From Takakia lepidozioides (taxonomy: Eukaryota; Plantae; Bryophyta): DNA of 64,000 nucleotides. Below the pieces are notes generated by a model. The model saw only the letters and a program-made list of their open reading frames with translations, was not told the DNA's origin and did not search any database. Positions within the stretch are counted from its first letter, which is position 1; each line of letters begins with the position of its first letter. This document shows positions 11,501 through 21,913 of the stretch, in pieces. Made by a program: the position numbers and the translations under genes. The stretch is from contig CM060734.1 in the NCBI GenBank assembly GCA_030704615.1, positions 58,032,001-58,096,000 on the forward strand, written 5' to 3'.

Positions 11501-12966
11501 GTGGAGGAGGTGCACATTGTGAGTGTCATTACGGAGTTACCCAAGGGTTTTGAGGGGAGTACGGCTACAAGCAGTGACAGTGAGAGTGGGTTCACAAGAC
11601 GAGGTATTCGGTTCAGACCACCTTCACCGCCACCCTCAACTACTGTAGCGTCAGACACAGACTCGGAGGCTTCATCAACAGGTGTGCACTTTCATTCGCC
11701 ATTGTTGTGGGACGACATGGAGGAGATGTATGGAGCTACCAAGGGGCCTCGTAGGTACTCTGGAGCTGTGGGCACAATCGAGTTGGATGACTTTATCCAG
11801 GAGTTCGACAGCTGGTGTGATTTGCAGCAGATGCGCAATCCACAGCTATTCACCCCATTCATGGCGTGGAAGGGACTGTTCCAGCATTTGGAAGGCCCGC
11901 CTATGGACATTACCACGAGTTCAGGCGAGGACATGAAGCAGAGATTGAGGAGTGGAGGATGTATTGGTCACCTGACTACGTCTCCATTACTCGAGGCACG
12001 ACGCGACCAGTAGCTGCATCAGTACCAATAGCTCCCACTGCCAGCACTAGTAGTGGAGCAAGTAGTGCTGGTACTTCTGAAGGTGGTACCAGTTCAAAAG
12101 GTGCTTCTCCTGCCACGACTACAACACATTTGCCAAGATTCAACCCGGTGGTGGAGTTCTTCCAGGAGTTGCGGAGGAACTACCAAGGTGTACGGACAGA
12201 GAAGCTGCGAAGTTTGCAAGACTTCCAGCGCAAACCCAGTGAGAGCCTGCGAGAGGCGTACACTCGTATGAGGCGCTTGATAAGTGTGACCCAAGGGGTT
12301 ACTGAAGCTCAGGCAATCCAGTTTTGGTATGGAATTCTGGACAAGGAGCTCAAGAGAAGGGTGCGAGATGCAACCCTGTTACAAGCAGCCCAACCCACAT
12401 TAGCAGATGTGTTTCTGCTGGCTGAGCGGATTGAGCTCAACATGGTGGAGGAGCGAGTTGTTACAATTGGATTTGGTAAGGACATGCCTGTACGGGGCAC
12501 AGCTGTCAGCCCACAAGCACAAGGGACTGCCCAACAGCGTGGTCAGGGGGGCAAGGTTGCCCAGCCCAAGTTCCATGGAGCTTACAGGGGACCTCAGGTG
12601 CAGAGGCCCGTGGCATCTTTTGCAGGCCAACAGCAACCAGGGGTGATATGTTGGACATGTGGAGGACCCCATGTCAAGAGAGATTGCCCAGAGAGTGGCA
12701 GAAGGCCGGCACAAGCACAGCCTGCACAGTTGCAGTGTGGGCATTGTGGCAAGTATGGGCATGGAGATGCCCAGTGTTATGACTTGCATCCTGAGTTGCG
12801 CCCAGGCCAGTTCCAAGGGAACAATGGTGGCCGGGGGCGAGGTGGACCAGCCCAAAGAGGACGAGGTGGTCGGGCACGAGGTGCAGGCCAAGGCAACCTC
12901 CACATGGCCAAGGACGCGGAGGTCAGGGTGTTGACCAAGGCATGGCCAATCGGCTTCAGCAGCTAG
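11501..12966 (+). pseudogene. gag with two zinc knuckles (frameshift ~11905)
   Basis: Gag-like core (QRKPSESLREAYTRM); knuckles CWTCGGPHVKRDC and CGHCGKYGHGDAQC; RGG-rich tail. Confidence 0.85.
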
Positions 12967-13051
12967 AGCAGAGGCTCGCTGCCATGGCTATAGCTCAGGC
13001 GTACCGGCTCCCAGGCGGGATGGCCCACCTCCTGCTCCTGAGGGAGGAGAT

Positions 13052-15693
13052 ATGGGCGGAATGGGATTCATGTGCGGAGCAGCACTACCATTAGAGCAGG
13101 TGGAGTCTGCTGCAGCCGTGACTCGAGGAGCAACACGAGTTCCTGAGCCACGAGGTGCAGAGGTGGAGTTGGATCCACAACGTGGGGAGGCAAGCCGTCA
13201 GGCAAGGCTGCCTCAGTCATTCACCTTGGCGGAGACAGTGTCAACGCCATCCATGGCACCTAGTTCTCGCCCGACTGTTAACGAGGCGGAGGTTACTATG
13301 CCATTGGGAAGAGCTACCCGTGCAGCACTGACACCTACTACCAAGGCTAGTGCAGCCGGTGTGTTATTGGGAGCAGCCACCTCTGTGTGTCAAGCCCCAC
13401 TGTTCTCGGCGACCATGATTGCGACGCCGGGAGTGAGACCAGCTGCAGTGTTCAGACTAGCAGCAACACTCTGCGAGAGTGGAGAGGTCACTTCATCTTC
13501 TGCGGAGTTAGTGGAAGGTGTAGTGGCAGAGGGATCCTCGGATTTGAGGGTCAAGACTGCCACGGCAGCGCCCTGGCAAGCTGCAGCTGCCAGATTGACG
13601 GAGCTGCCAGCTAGGCCAGCCTTTGAGCGCGCCATGGTGACACCTGGAGTTGTCTTGTTAGACAACCAGGGAGGCATTTTCACTTTGAGTGGACCGGCAG
13701 GCAAGAAGTACCGGCCACTGCGGGTCTTGTTGGACTCAGGAGCTCAGCCACTGATGTTGGGCAGAGCTGCTATTGCAGGTTTGGGCCTCATGGAGGCGGA
13801 TATGGAGCCTTGTCCTTTCCAGATACAGACATCTCTGGGAGGATCAGAGCAGGCTCGCGGCATGACACGGCATCAGTTGGCTATTAGACTGCAGCCGGAT
13901 CATCCTGTAGATGGCTCAGTGATGCGAGCCAAGGCCATTGTGACAGACGCGGTCTCTTACGATGTCCTCGTTGGTGGGGCAGTGTTATACCCCATGGGCT
14001 TCACCCTGGATTTCTGGGAGGAGTCAGCATCCTACAGGCCTGGATGGCAGTCAGGGGATGGTCGCCGTGCACAGCTCCCTGTGACATTCATTGGGGGTAT
14101 TGCAGCTGCTCAGCGGGGCAAGATGCCAACACTAGCCGCCTTCACAGCTGCAGTCAGCTGGCCTGGAGAGTTGCTGGAAGGCAATGCCCATGCAGAGGAT
14201 GTGCCACCTCCAGCAGAGCAGGATGACATGCATGGTACGGCGGAGTTGCCTGCCATGGTTGCTCACACTCCGTTGTGGGGTACGAGCAAGGATTTGCAGC
14301 ACGCTGCTGATGGACGGGTGCAACAAGCTTGGGTAGAAGCTTTTGTACCGTCAGGAGAGGAGGAGAGTGCGGTGATTGTACCAGGGCCACCTCAGTTGTC
14401 GCCATTGGACACCACACCTCTTGTGTGGCAGCGACCGGATGAAGGCATATGCCTTCTGGACTTATTTGGCGGGATCAGCACTGGATTGGCTGCAGTGCTG
14501 CAGGCAGGTGTACGAGTTCGACGTTACCTGTATGTGGAGAGGGATGAGACTGCACGACGCGTCTCACTGCGCCATGTTGCTCAGATGGTGCAGCAGCACC
14601 CTGAGTTGTTGCCGGTGTCTGCAGTTCGTGGATATCAGCAGGCCTTGCCAGCAGACATTTCGTTGCTGGGGGCGCAGGATTTGGAGCGGGTTGGCTCCAT
14701 TGATCTGGTAGTGGCAGGTTGGCCCTGCCAAGGGCATTCATCAGCCGGGCATGGCAATGGATTGCGAGACTCGAGGACGGGTCTGTTTTGGGAGATGGTG
14801 CGGATTTTGCGCCACTTGCAGCTTCATCAGGCTGTATCTCCGGCATACATCTTGGAGAATGTGCCACTGATGGGTGATTCTCGGGCCAGGGTGATGGCCA
14901 GTGTGCATCAAGTCCGGTCGTGGCTTGGGTCAGCAGTATTGCTGGATGCAGCTGCAGTGGGGTCACGGGCTCATCGTCCACGACTATGGTGGACTAACTT
15001 GATGCCACCCGCACTGCTCAAGCGTGCATTTGATGGGGTGCAGCGGCCAGCACACCTCACCGTGGATGGCATTTTGGACACAGGAAGGCAGTCTCAACGT
15101 GTGAGACACGATGACCGTTCGCCTTTGGCAGTGGTCAACAGAGTGGGTCAACCACGAGCAGCATTACCTACACTGCTCAGCTTCCCAGGATCCCATGCTT
15201 TTCGGGATGGTGGACCTGGCCTCCTGTGGGATGCTCAGTTGCAGCAGTTAGTGGAGCCTAATGCCGACGAGCGAGAGCGGGCTATGGGGTTTTCCACTGG
15301 GACCACGGCGGTGCCTTCCTTTCTGAGGCATCACGTCGTCAGGTGTTGGGGCAAGCAATGGATCTCAATTGCTTGACCTGGATTGTCAGCTTGGCTATGG
15401 CTGAGCAACGTAGAGTGCGGAGTGCACTTCCCTTGATGGTCTCTCTGCCTACCGAGACGGTACAGGCAGCGAGTGGGGGCGAGCCGGTGAGGACCACGAG
15501 GTGTAGACATCCATGGCACATGTGGGAGGTGCTCGAGGTTCAGAGGGAGTTGGCAGCGAAGGCAGCTGTGATGGATGAGGTTGGGGATTCTTCTCGGGAT
15601 GAGGAGGTTCTCAATGATGAGATGATGGGGCAGGATGAGGCCTTGTCATTGACTGAGCAGGAAGGGGGTACTGCTCAAGAGGTTGCAGCATAG
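13052..15693 (+). CDS. Polyprotein segment: aspartic protease plus DNMT3-like C5 cytosine methyltransferase (MTase ~14441-15390; 1-nt frameshift ~15320)
   Basis: Protease VLLDSGA (DSG 13733-13741). MTase motif I LDLFGGI, II YVE, IV GWPCQG (PCQ 14723-14731), VI LENV (ENV 14855-14863), VIII AHRPRLWWTNL, IX ERERAMGF, X RRQVLGQAM in the next frame. Confidence 0.93.
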
Positions 15694-18600
15694 CAACCAC
15701 GGGACGCGTCCTCTACCTCTAAGCCCACTGGACTTAAGGTTGCAGTTACGGAGGACAATTGGGAGCCTGATATTGGACCCATTGTCACCGGAGGAGAGAG
15801 ACGACGTATACGGCGGTTCCTGAGGGCTTACAGGAATTGCTTTGCCTTCAGTTTGAAGGACTTGGGAGCACTGAAGGGTCAAGAGATCCGTATTGAGTTG
15901 GCCACTGACACGCCAATCTTTCGGAGACCCTATAGATACAGTGACATGGAGAGGTCTTTGATTCAGATGAGGACTCAAGATCTCTGGGAGGCAGGTTTGG
16001 TGGAGCTCTCTGGTGGAGAGTATGCTTCAGCCACAGTGATGCCAGCTAAGAAGGATGTCTATGGCAATTGGACGGAGAGACGTATGTGCGGTGATTACCG
16101 GCCTGTAAATCGTCAGACCAAGTCCGATAGGTATGCCATGCCAACACCAGAGGAGATCTTTGATGCCATTGGGCATTCCAAGGTCTTTAGCACGTTGGAT
16201 TTACGATCCGGATATCACCAGTTGCCGATCAAGGAGGCGGATAAGCAAAAGACGGCATTCTGGGGGATCAATGAGCACGGGAAGGATTGCCTATACCAGT
16301 GGCGGTTCTTACCATTTGGGCTTAAAAACGCTCCCGCTGAGTTTCAAAGAGTCATGGACAGGATTCTAGCAGGGGTGGAGTTTGCTCGGTGCTACATAGA
16401 TGACATCATCATCTTTAGTGCTACGGTGGAGGAGCATGAGAGACACCTTCAGGGGGTATTTGAGCGCTTGAGGACGCACGGATTGAAGTTACATCCGGGC
16501 AAGTGCAAGTTTTTCCACAACCAGATTGAGTATCTGGGTCACATGATATATCCTGGAGGATTGGGGGTACAGCAGACTAAGGTAGAGTCCATTGCACAGG
16601 TTCCACGCCCCACGGATGTGAGCCGAGTTCGAGCTTTCATGGGGTTAGCAAACTATTACAGACGGTTTGTTAAGGGATTTAGTGCCATTGCAAAGGCTCT
16701 AACCAAGCTGACCAAGGTGGACCAGGAGTGGCAGTGGGAAGATGAGCAAGAACAAGCTTTTCAAGAGCTCAAGGCGAGGTTGACCTCGGCGCCCATCTTG
16801 AGACGACCTATCAGGGGGCGTCCTTTTCAGCTGCATACAGATTGGAGCATGCTGGGGCTTGGAGCGGTGCTCACACAGGTGGATGATGAGGGAAGAGAGT
16901 TCGTAGTGGCTTATGCTAGCCGCTCGAACAATGCTGCAGAGTCTAAGTATAGCTCATATGAGGGAGAATGCTTAGCTGCAGTGTGGGCCGTGGCACACTT
17001 CAGGTGCTATTTATACGGCAATCTCTTCACCCTTGTCACGGATCACCAACCACTCAAGTGGTTGATGGAGTCAGACAAGCTTACGGGGAAGCTTGCACGG
17101 TGGGCACTCATCCTTCAAGAGTATGACTTTCAGGTGGTGCATCGACCGGGTTTGGTCAATCGAAATGCAGATGGGTTGAGTCGCAATCCATGCACGAGCC
17201 AACAGGATGACACTGGAGCTCGGTGGCATGGTGAGACGGACGAGGAGATGGTGCCCGGATGGCATGCATCTGCATTTCTGTGTATCTTGGCAGCGGAAGG
17301 CCAGGTTGGACCTACAACAGGGATGACTGTAGATCAAGTGTCTGAGGACCCTGAGGCCAGCAATGAGCAGGGTGGCGCCAAAGATATACATGAGGATTCA
17401 GTTGTGTTGGACTACCTCCGCAGTGGAGACACGGCAGCCACTATGACTGCCAAGGAGAGGGATCGGATCCTACAACGAGCCAAGAGGTTCAGGTGGGAGG
17501 GGACACACCTGCTCCGAGTGTGGGAGGATGGTCGAGTGAGGATTGTGCCTCACCCAACACAGCGGGCACGGTTAGTGCGGCATGCCCATGAGGAGTTGGG
17601 GCATTTTGGGGTGCGACGCACTCATAGTCTACTGCAGGGGCAGTATTGGTGGCGTGGTATGCACACAGAGGTACAACACTTTGTGGCTAGGTGCATGGTG
17701 TGTGACAGGGTGCGTGCTTCATTCAACGCCCCTACTCCACAATTGCACCCTCTTCCGATCATGGGATTGGGCTACAGGTGGAGTCTTGACTTCGCAGGGC
17801 CGTTGCCACTGACCATGCGCCACAACAAGTACGTGTTGGTGATGGTGGAGCACTTCTCCAAGTGGATTGAATTGGTTCCATTGCCTGATAAGGCTAGTGA
17901 GGGAGCTGCGTATGCATTCCTGGATTGTGTGCTTAGCCGATTCGGTGCTCCAGCTGAGGTACTCACGGACCAAGGGAGAGAGTTCTTGGGGGAGTTTCAG
18001 GCTTTGTGTGACAAGGCCTTGATAGACCACCGCACCACTTCTCGGGATCATCCTGAAGCCGATGGCTTGGCAGAGAGAGTTGTTCAGACAGTAAAGAGAG
18101 GTTTGCGCAAGTATGGCTTGCAGAAGGGACACCTAGGAGATTGGGACCTTCAGTTACCCTGGTTAGCCATGGGCTACAGGTTCAGCAAGCAAGCATCACT
18201 TGCCTCCTTCTCACCATACTTTCTTCTCTTTGGCCGAGAGCCGGATTTGCCTACATCCATTCGCAGAGAAGCTGCTACAGTTCTTAACCTTGACGATCCG
18301 GACGTGTGGGCACGTGCATGTGAGCAGCGTGCAGAGTTGTTCAAGAGAGTCATGCCTATGGCTTTCGAGAACCTTGCCATTGCACAACACCGTGATACGT
18401 TGAGGTATGCTACCATACGTGGTGGGGGCTATCGTCCTGGGGTTCGGAGATTCAACCCTGGTGACTATGTCTATCTGCAGCAGACTGCTCCTACGACCCT
18501 GGATGTGACTGCAGGACGTGTTATTTTGAGGGTTCGAGAGGTCTTGCCCTCAGGCGTCTTGGTCTTGGAGGGTCGGGATGGCATCACTTGGAAGGACCAT

Positions 18601-18828
18601 GTGCGTAATTGTGCGCCATGTCACCTTCCGAATGTCGATGGCAGGATTGACCCAAACCTGGCAGTGGTATCTGCAGGTTTGAGGTGCATGTTGTGTGGGT
18701 CTGCTAAAGGGGCAGCCACCATGCTGGTATGTGATCGGTGCTCTAGAGGTTGGCATATGGGATGCTTGACTCCACCTCTTGAGATGGTTCCGGATGGGGA
18801 TTGGTTCTGTCCACATTGCATTGGATAG
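15694..18828 (+). CDS. Pol: reverse transcriptase, RNase H, DDE integrase, C-terminal PHD finger
   Basis: RT (LDLRSGYHQ, LPFGLKNAP, YIDD); RNase H (LHTDWS, EGECLA, TDH); integrase HHCC and SLDF/LTDQG/AER; PHD C4HC3 CMLC...CDRC...HMGC...WFCPHC at 18685-18819; uninterrupted frame. Confidence 0.96.
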   Translation, partial: QPRDASSTSKPTGLKVAVTEDNWEPDIGPIVTGGERRRIRRFLRAYRNCFAFSLKDLGALKGQEIRIELATDTPIFRRPYRYSDMERSLIQMRTQDLWEAGLVELSGGEYASATVMPAKKDVYGNWTERRMCGDYRPVNRQTKSDRYAMPTPEEIFDAIGHSKVFSTLDLRSGYHQLPIKEADKQKTAFWGINEHGKDCLYQWRFLPFGLKNAPAEFQRVMDRILAGVEFARCYIDDIIIFSATVEEHERHLQGVFERLRTHGLKLHPGKCKFFHNQIEYLGHMIYPGGLGVQQTKVESIAQVPRPTDVSRVRAFMGLANYYRRFVKGFSAIAKALTKLTKVDQEWQWEDEQEQAFQELKARLTSAPILRRPIRGRPFQLHTDWSMLGLGAVLTQVDDEGREFVVAYASRSNNAAESKYSSYEGECLAAVWAVAHFRCYLYGNLFTLVTDHQPLKWLMESDKLTGKLARWALILQEYDFQVVHRPGLVNRNADGLSRNPCTSQQDDTGARWHGETDEEMVPGWHASAFLCILAAEGQVGPTTGMTVDQVSEDPEASNEQGGAKDIHEDSVVLDYLRSGDTAATMTAKERDRILQRAKRFRWEGTHLLRVWEDGRVRIVPHPTQRARLVRHAHEELGHFGVRRTHSLLQGQYWWRGMHTEVQHFVARCMVCDRVRASFNAPTPQLHPLPIMGLGYRWSLDFAGPLPLTMRHNKYVLVMVEHFSKWIELVPLPDKASEGAAYAFLDCVLSRFGAPAEVLTDQGREFLGEFQALCDKALIDHRTTSRDHPEADGLAERVVQTVKRGLRKYGLQKGHLGDWDLQLPWLAMGYRFSKQASLASFSPYFLLFGREPDLPTSIRREAATVLNLDDPDVWARACEQRAELFKRVMPMAFENLAIAQHRDTLRYATIRGGGYRPGVRRFNPGDYVYLQQTAPTTLDVTAGRVILRVREVLPSGVLVLEGRDGITWKDHVRNCAPCHLPNVDGRIDPNLAVVSAGLRCMLCGSAKGAATMLVCDRCSRGWHMGCLTPPLEMVPDGDWFCPHCIG

Positions 18829-19077
18829 TGGGAGTGGATACAACCATGGGAGGCTAACAAGAAACGCAAGGCCCAGCTACTAGGAGACCTTGAACACACG
18901 AGATCTTGGCTCAAGTTCATAGATTGCAAGACGGCGACTAACGATGGGGCTACTCTTGTACCCGGCCTCTTGGTTGATAGAGTTTGAGCACGATAAAGAC
19001 AGTGATAGAGGACTTAGTACGGCTGTGGCTATTACATCTTGTAGCTATCTGGAGGTAGATGGACCTATCCACCAGCT

Positions 19078-19087
19078 AGGGGGGCGA
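19078..19087 (+). promoter_or_regulatory. Polypurine tract
   Basis: aggggggcga immediately before repeat B1. Confidence 0.7.
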
Positions 19088-19608
19088 TTGTGCTAGACTA
19101 CTTTATTGTGCATATATGTGTGGTGTGGTCTGGACAGCGATGTAGTTGTGTAGCGATATGTATGCGCACGACAGCTGTCAAGTTAAATAAGCACAGTGTG
19201 AAAACAGCTAGAATAAAACTAGTTATTTGTATTTAACACTTGGATTTAGGTCAAGTGTTAAATCAGGTGTCAAGTTTAGTTTGACACCTGGTCTGTCTTA
19301 TCTTCACGAGAGCGGCAGTCGCGCAGCTCATCTCTCTCGAGTTGAGCTTGCGCGACCGAGCTCCTTCATGCGTTTAGATCTGAGTGTGCTTATGATGGGA
19401 GTGTAGGTTGTTGTGGGGTGGAGTCCCCATAGCTTGGGGTGCCCCTGGCTCGACTTCTATTTCTAAGAGTGATGGTTTGGTTTTCATGCTTTGCATCGTG
19501 TGTGTCTTTAGCTTGCTTATCATTGTGCTAGACTACTTTATTGTGCATATATGTGTGGTGTGGTCTGGACAGCGATGTAGTTGTGTAGCGATATGTATGC
19601 GCACGACA
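19088..19608 (+). repeat. 3' repeat block B1-GC-A2-B2 (complete LTR = B-GC-A, followed by a second B)
   Basis: B1 19088-19173 is identical to B2 19523-19608 (86 bp); A2 19176-19522; junction palindrome GACAGCTGTC at 19170-19179. Confidence 0.95.
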
Positions 19609-19856
19609 GATTACTTATACCACTATATGAATAGTAATGTGGGCAATTGTGTGCATTTGGCTACTACCACAATTTTAAATTATACCACTATTACAATGAT
19701 GTGCAAGTAATTAGGAACATGACTAGAGAAACACATACCACTAGTGTAGTAAAAGAACTACCATTGGGGATTCAAGCTCCACAAAATATAATAGAATCCC
19801 AGAGAGTAAGTGCTGGAACACTGTCAACAAAATCCAGCCATGATAAAAGTCTGAGC

Positions 19857-20212
19857 CTAACTTCTACATGGCGTCTTTGCATGCATGCTAGGAACACTGA
19901 ACTGCTTTCCTGCCTTCTTCTCATTGCCAACAATGTCTACGCCCGGGCGAATGAAATTCGAAGCCCTCTTCATGTTCTTCTCTGGCCAAAGACAATTCAG
20001 ACCGACCACATCCTCCAACATTGTTTGCGGTGGGACCTCTTCCTCATTAGGGTGAGGCAAGACACAATTGGCAATATAGATATCATTCACCTCAACCCGC
20101 CACAATCCTTCAGGTATAACACGACAATGATATGTGTCTTTGCCAGACACACCAGTGACAATTCCACTAGCAGCCCTGTGTCGTGGTAAATGAGGATCAT
20201 ACAGGCTGATTT
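19857..20212 (-). pseudogene. CACTA TnpA/Tnp1-like accessory gene, terminal exon (probably spliced to pieces up to ~21.7 kb)
   Basis: AASGIV...YHCRVIPEGLWRVEVNDI...LPHP...LEDVVG...LWPE resembles the En/Spm TnpA-type C-terminal domain; lies inside the CACTA. Confidence 0.6.
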
Positions 20213-21913
20213 TGTCCTTCAACTTAAACTGCACACATCACCCACCATAAAACCCACATTAATCAACCCATATAGATTTACATGTACATTGAAAACTAGA
20301 TAATGAGGACCGTCCAGTATAAGCAATCACTCAAAGTGTAGAGTACTTTTGGTAGCATAAGAATATCTGCCACCGTGGTAGGGGGTTGATATTTGGGGGT
20401 TGCCTTTGAAGGCGCCGTAGTTGGTGCACTGTCGGTGACAATATCAAGAGTGGTTTTCTCAGCCTGCAAACATCATGCCCAACACCCCTTAGCAGTTACA
20501 TTAGCAATGCATCTACTAATAGTTTGAAGTATCCAACATGTAAATGGCCACATTGTACATAATTGATAGCCAACAGGTGCATGCATGCTCACCTCTAGTA
20601 CGGAAACTAGTGCATGGAGAGGTGCCTCCTAAAGGCCCACCTGACTCTTACTCCCGCTAGAACTTGGTGTTATGTCACCATTTGCATCAGTCAAGGACTT
20701 TGTGCCTTTGGCAGCAGTGGCTCTGGTTACACGCTCTCCTTTTCGCATGTACTTCTTCTCAGCTCCCTTCACGATGGCTAGGGTAGGTCCTCTGCTTTAG
20801 TGCCTTTCTACATGCCAACAAAACAACAAGGTATAGTACATGAGTACGTCTTACCATACTTGATGCATAGAATTCATGGCACACACCAATAAATAGATCA
20901 TTCATGAAATATATTCAGAGTAAAAAAACAGAAAGCCCAAGGACAGGAACCAAGATAAAGTCTTTGAGGGCGTACCTCTTTCTGTGGGGAAGTTGGCTTC
21001 ACATGCTGATCTGCCAACCCCCTACTGTCACCCTTACCAGCACTCTCGGTGGAGCAGACGTCCTCACCAGCAGCCAATATTGTTGTCCCGCCAGCTCCAC
21101 CTCCCTTCTTACGTGGCAATTTATCAGGAATTCCCTTGCGCCCCAATTTTACTTGGGTCACCACAAGGTCCTCAATGGCAGACGACTTTGGCTTTTCCCC
21201 AACCTCAAGAGGTTCTTCCTGCACCCAAGCAAAACATACTAGAGCAGCAAACTTCAAAGTCAACTAACACTAAATGGATGACAACCACAAAAGTAAGTTG
21301 GGGTGAAGGTGCGTAGCAGTCTTGCCTCCCAAGCCCGCATCGGAATCGCAAGGTTCAATAACAGTACATATTGGGATAGTAGTTGGAGGAGGGGCGGTCG
21401 CTGACATTCCCAACATCATTGCCATCAATGCATCCAGTTGCAGCCTAACACAAGCCCCTCCACCCCACAAAGTTAGCAATTATGGAAAATAAGGTCAACC
21501 GGGCAACGAGCAAGTTCGGCAGTTCGTGAACGCATACAAACCTTGGTCCAACGTGCCAAGAAAAGTTTGGCATCCAATGGCGTGAATGCATGGACATGCT
21601 CTGGCGCCCTAGCAATGTCCCACATCCATTCAGTATTAAAACCCTAACACATGTTCTAACCCTTTGAAATTTAATCCATGGGTCAAGCCATACATAGTCC
21701 GATTCGTAAGCCATTCATCTTTCTAACAAGGTTTCCAGGTTATTCACATTTAGGAAAGAACCTTGGTTTGATATATAACATTTACCACCATATATGCAGA
21801 TTTTCATCATAAAAGCAGATTGCAGGTCTGGAGATAAATCTCCGGAACCAAGCTCAAAGCATATCAGGTTCGAAATGAAACAATCAGCCACTCATGTCTT
21901 AAGCTCATGAAGT

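Larger units (their letters stand above)
8348..19608 (+). mobile_element. Ty3/Gypsy retrotransposon encoding a DNMT3-like DNA methyltransferase and a PHD-finger integrase, with split LTRs
   Basis: Ends TGTC...GACA; TSD GATT (8344-8347 and 19609-19612); gag-PR-MTase-RT-RH-IN-PHD; repeat A at 8348-8694 and 19176-19522; repeat B at 19088-19173 and 19523-19608. Confidence 0.95.

Noticed and set aside
14441-15390. Bacterial restriction-modification methylase, contamination, or a host DNMT gene
   Set aside because: Intronless, fused in frame to a retroviral-type protease inside a TSD-flanked element, DNMT3-like motifs, no nuclease partner, and neighbouring genes are spliced plant genes.
8348-19522. 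Ordinary LTR element with A (347 bp, TG...CA) as the LTR
   Set aside because: No TSD at these limits (GATT versus TTGT), the PPT precedes B rather than A, and a second B follows; the TSD fits only 8348-19608.
8348-19608. DIRS/PAT/Ngaro tyrosine-recombinase retroelement
   Set aside because: Repeat layout is similar, but it encodes a protease and an HHCC-DDE integrase, has a TSD, and I saw no tyrosine-recombinase motif.
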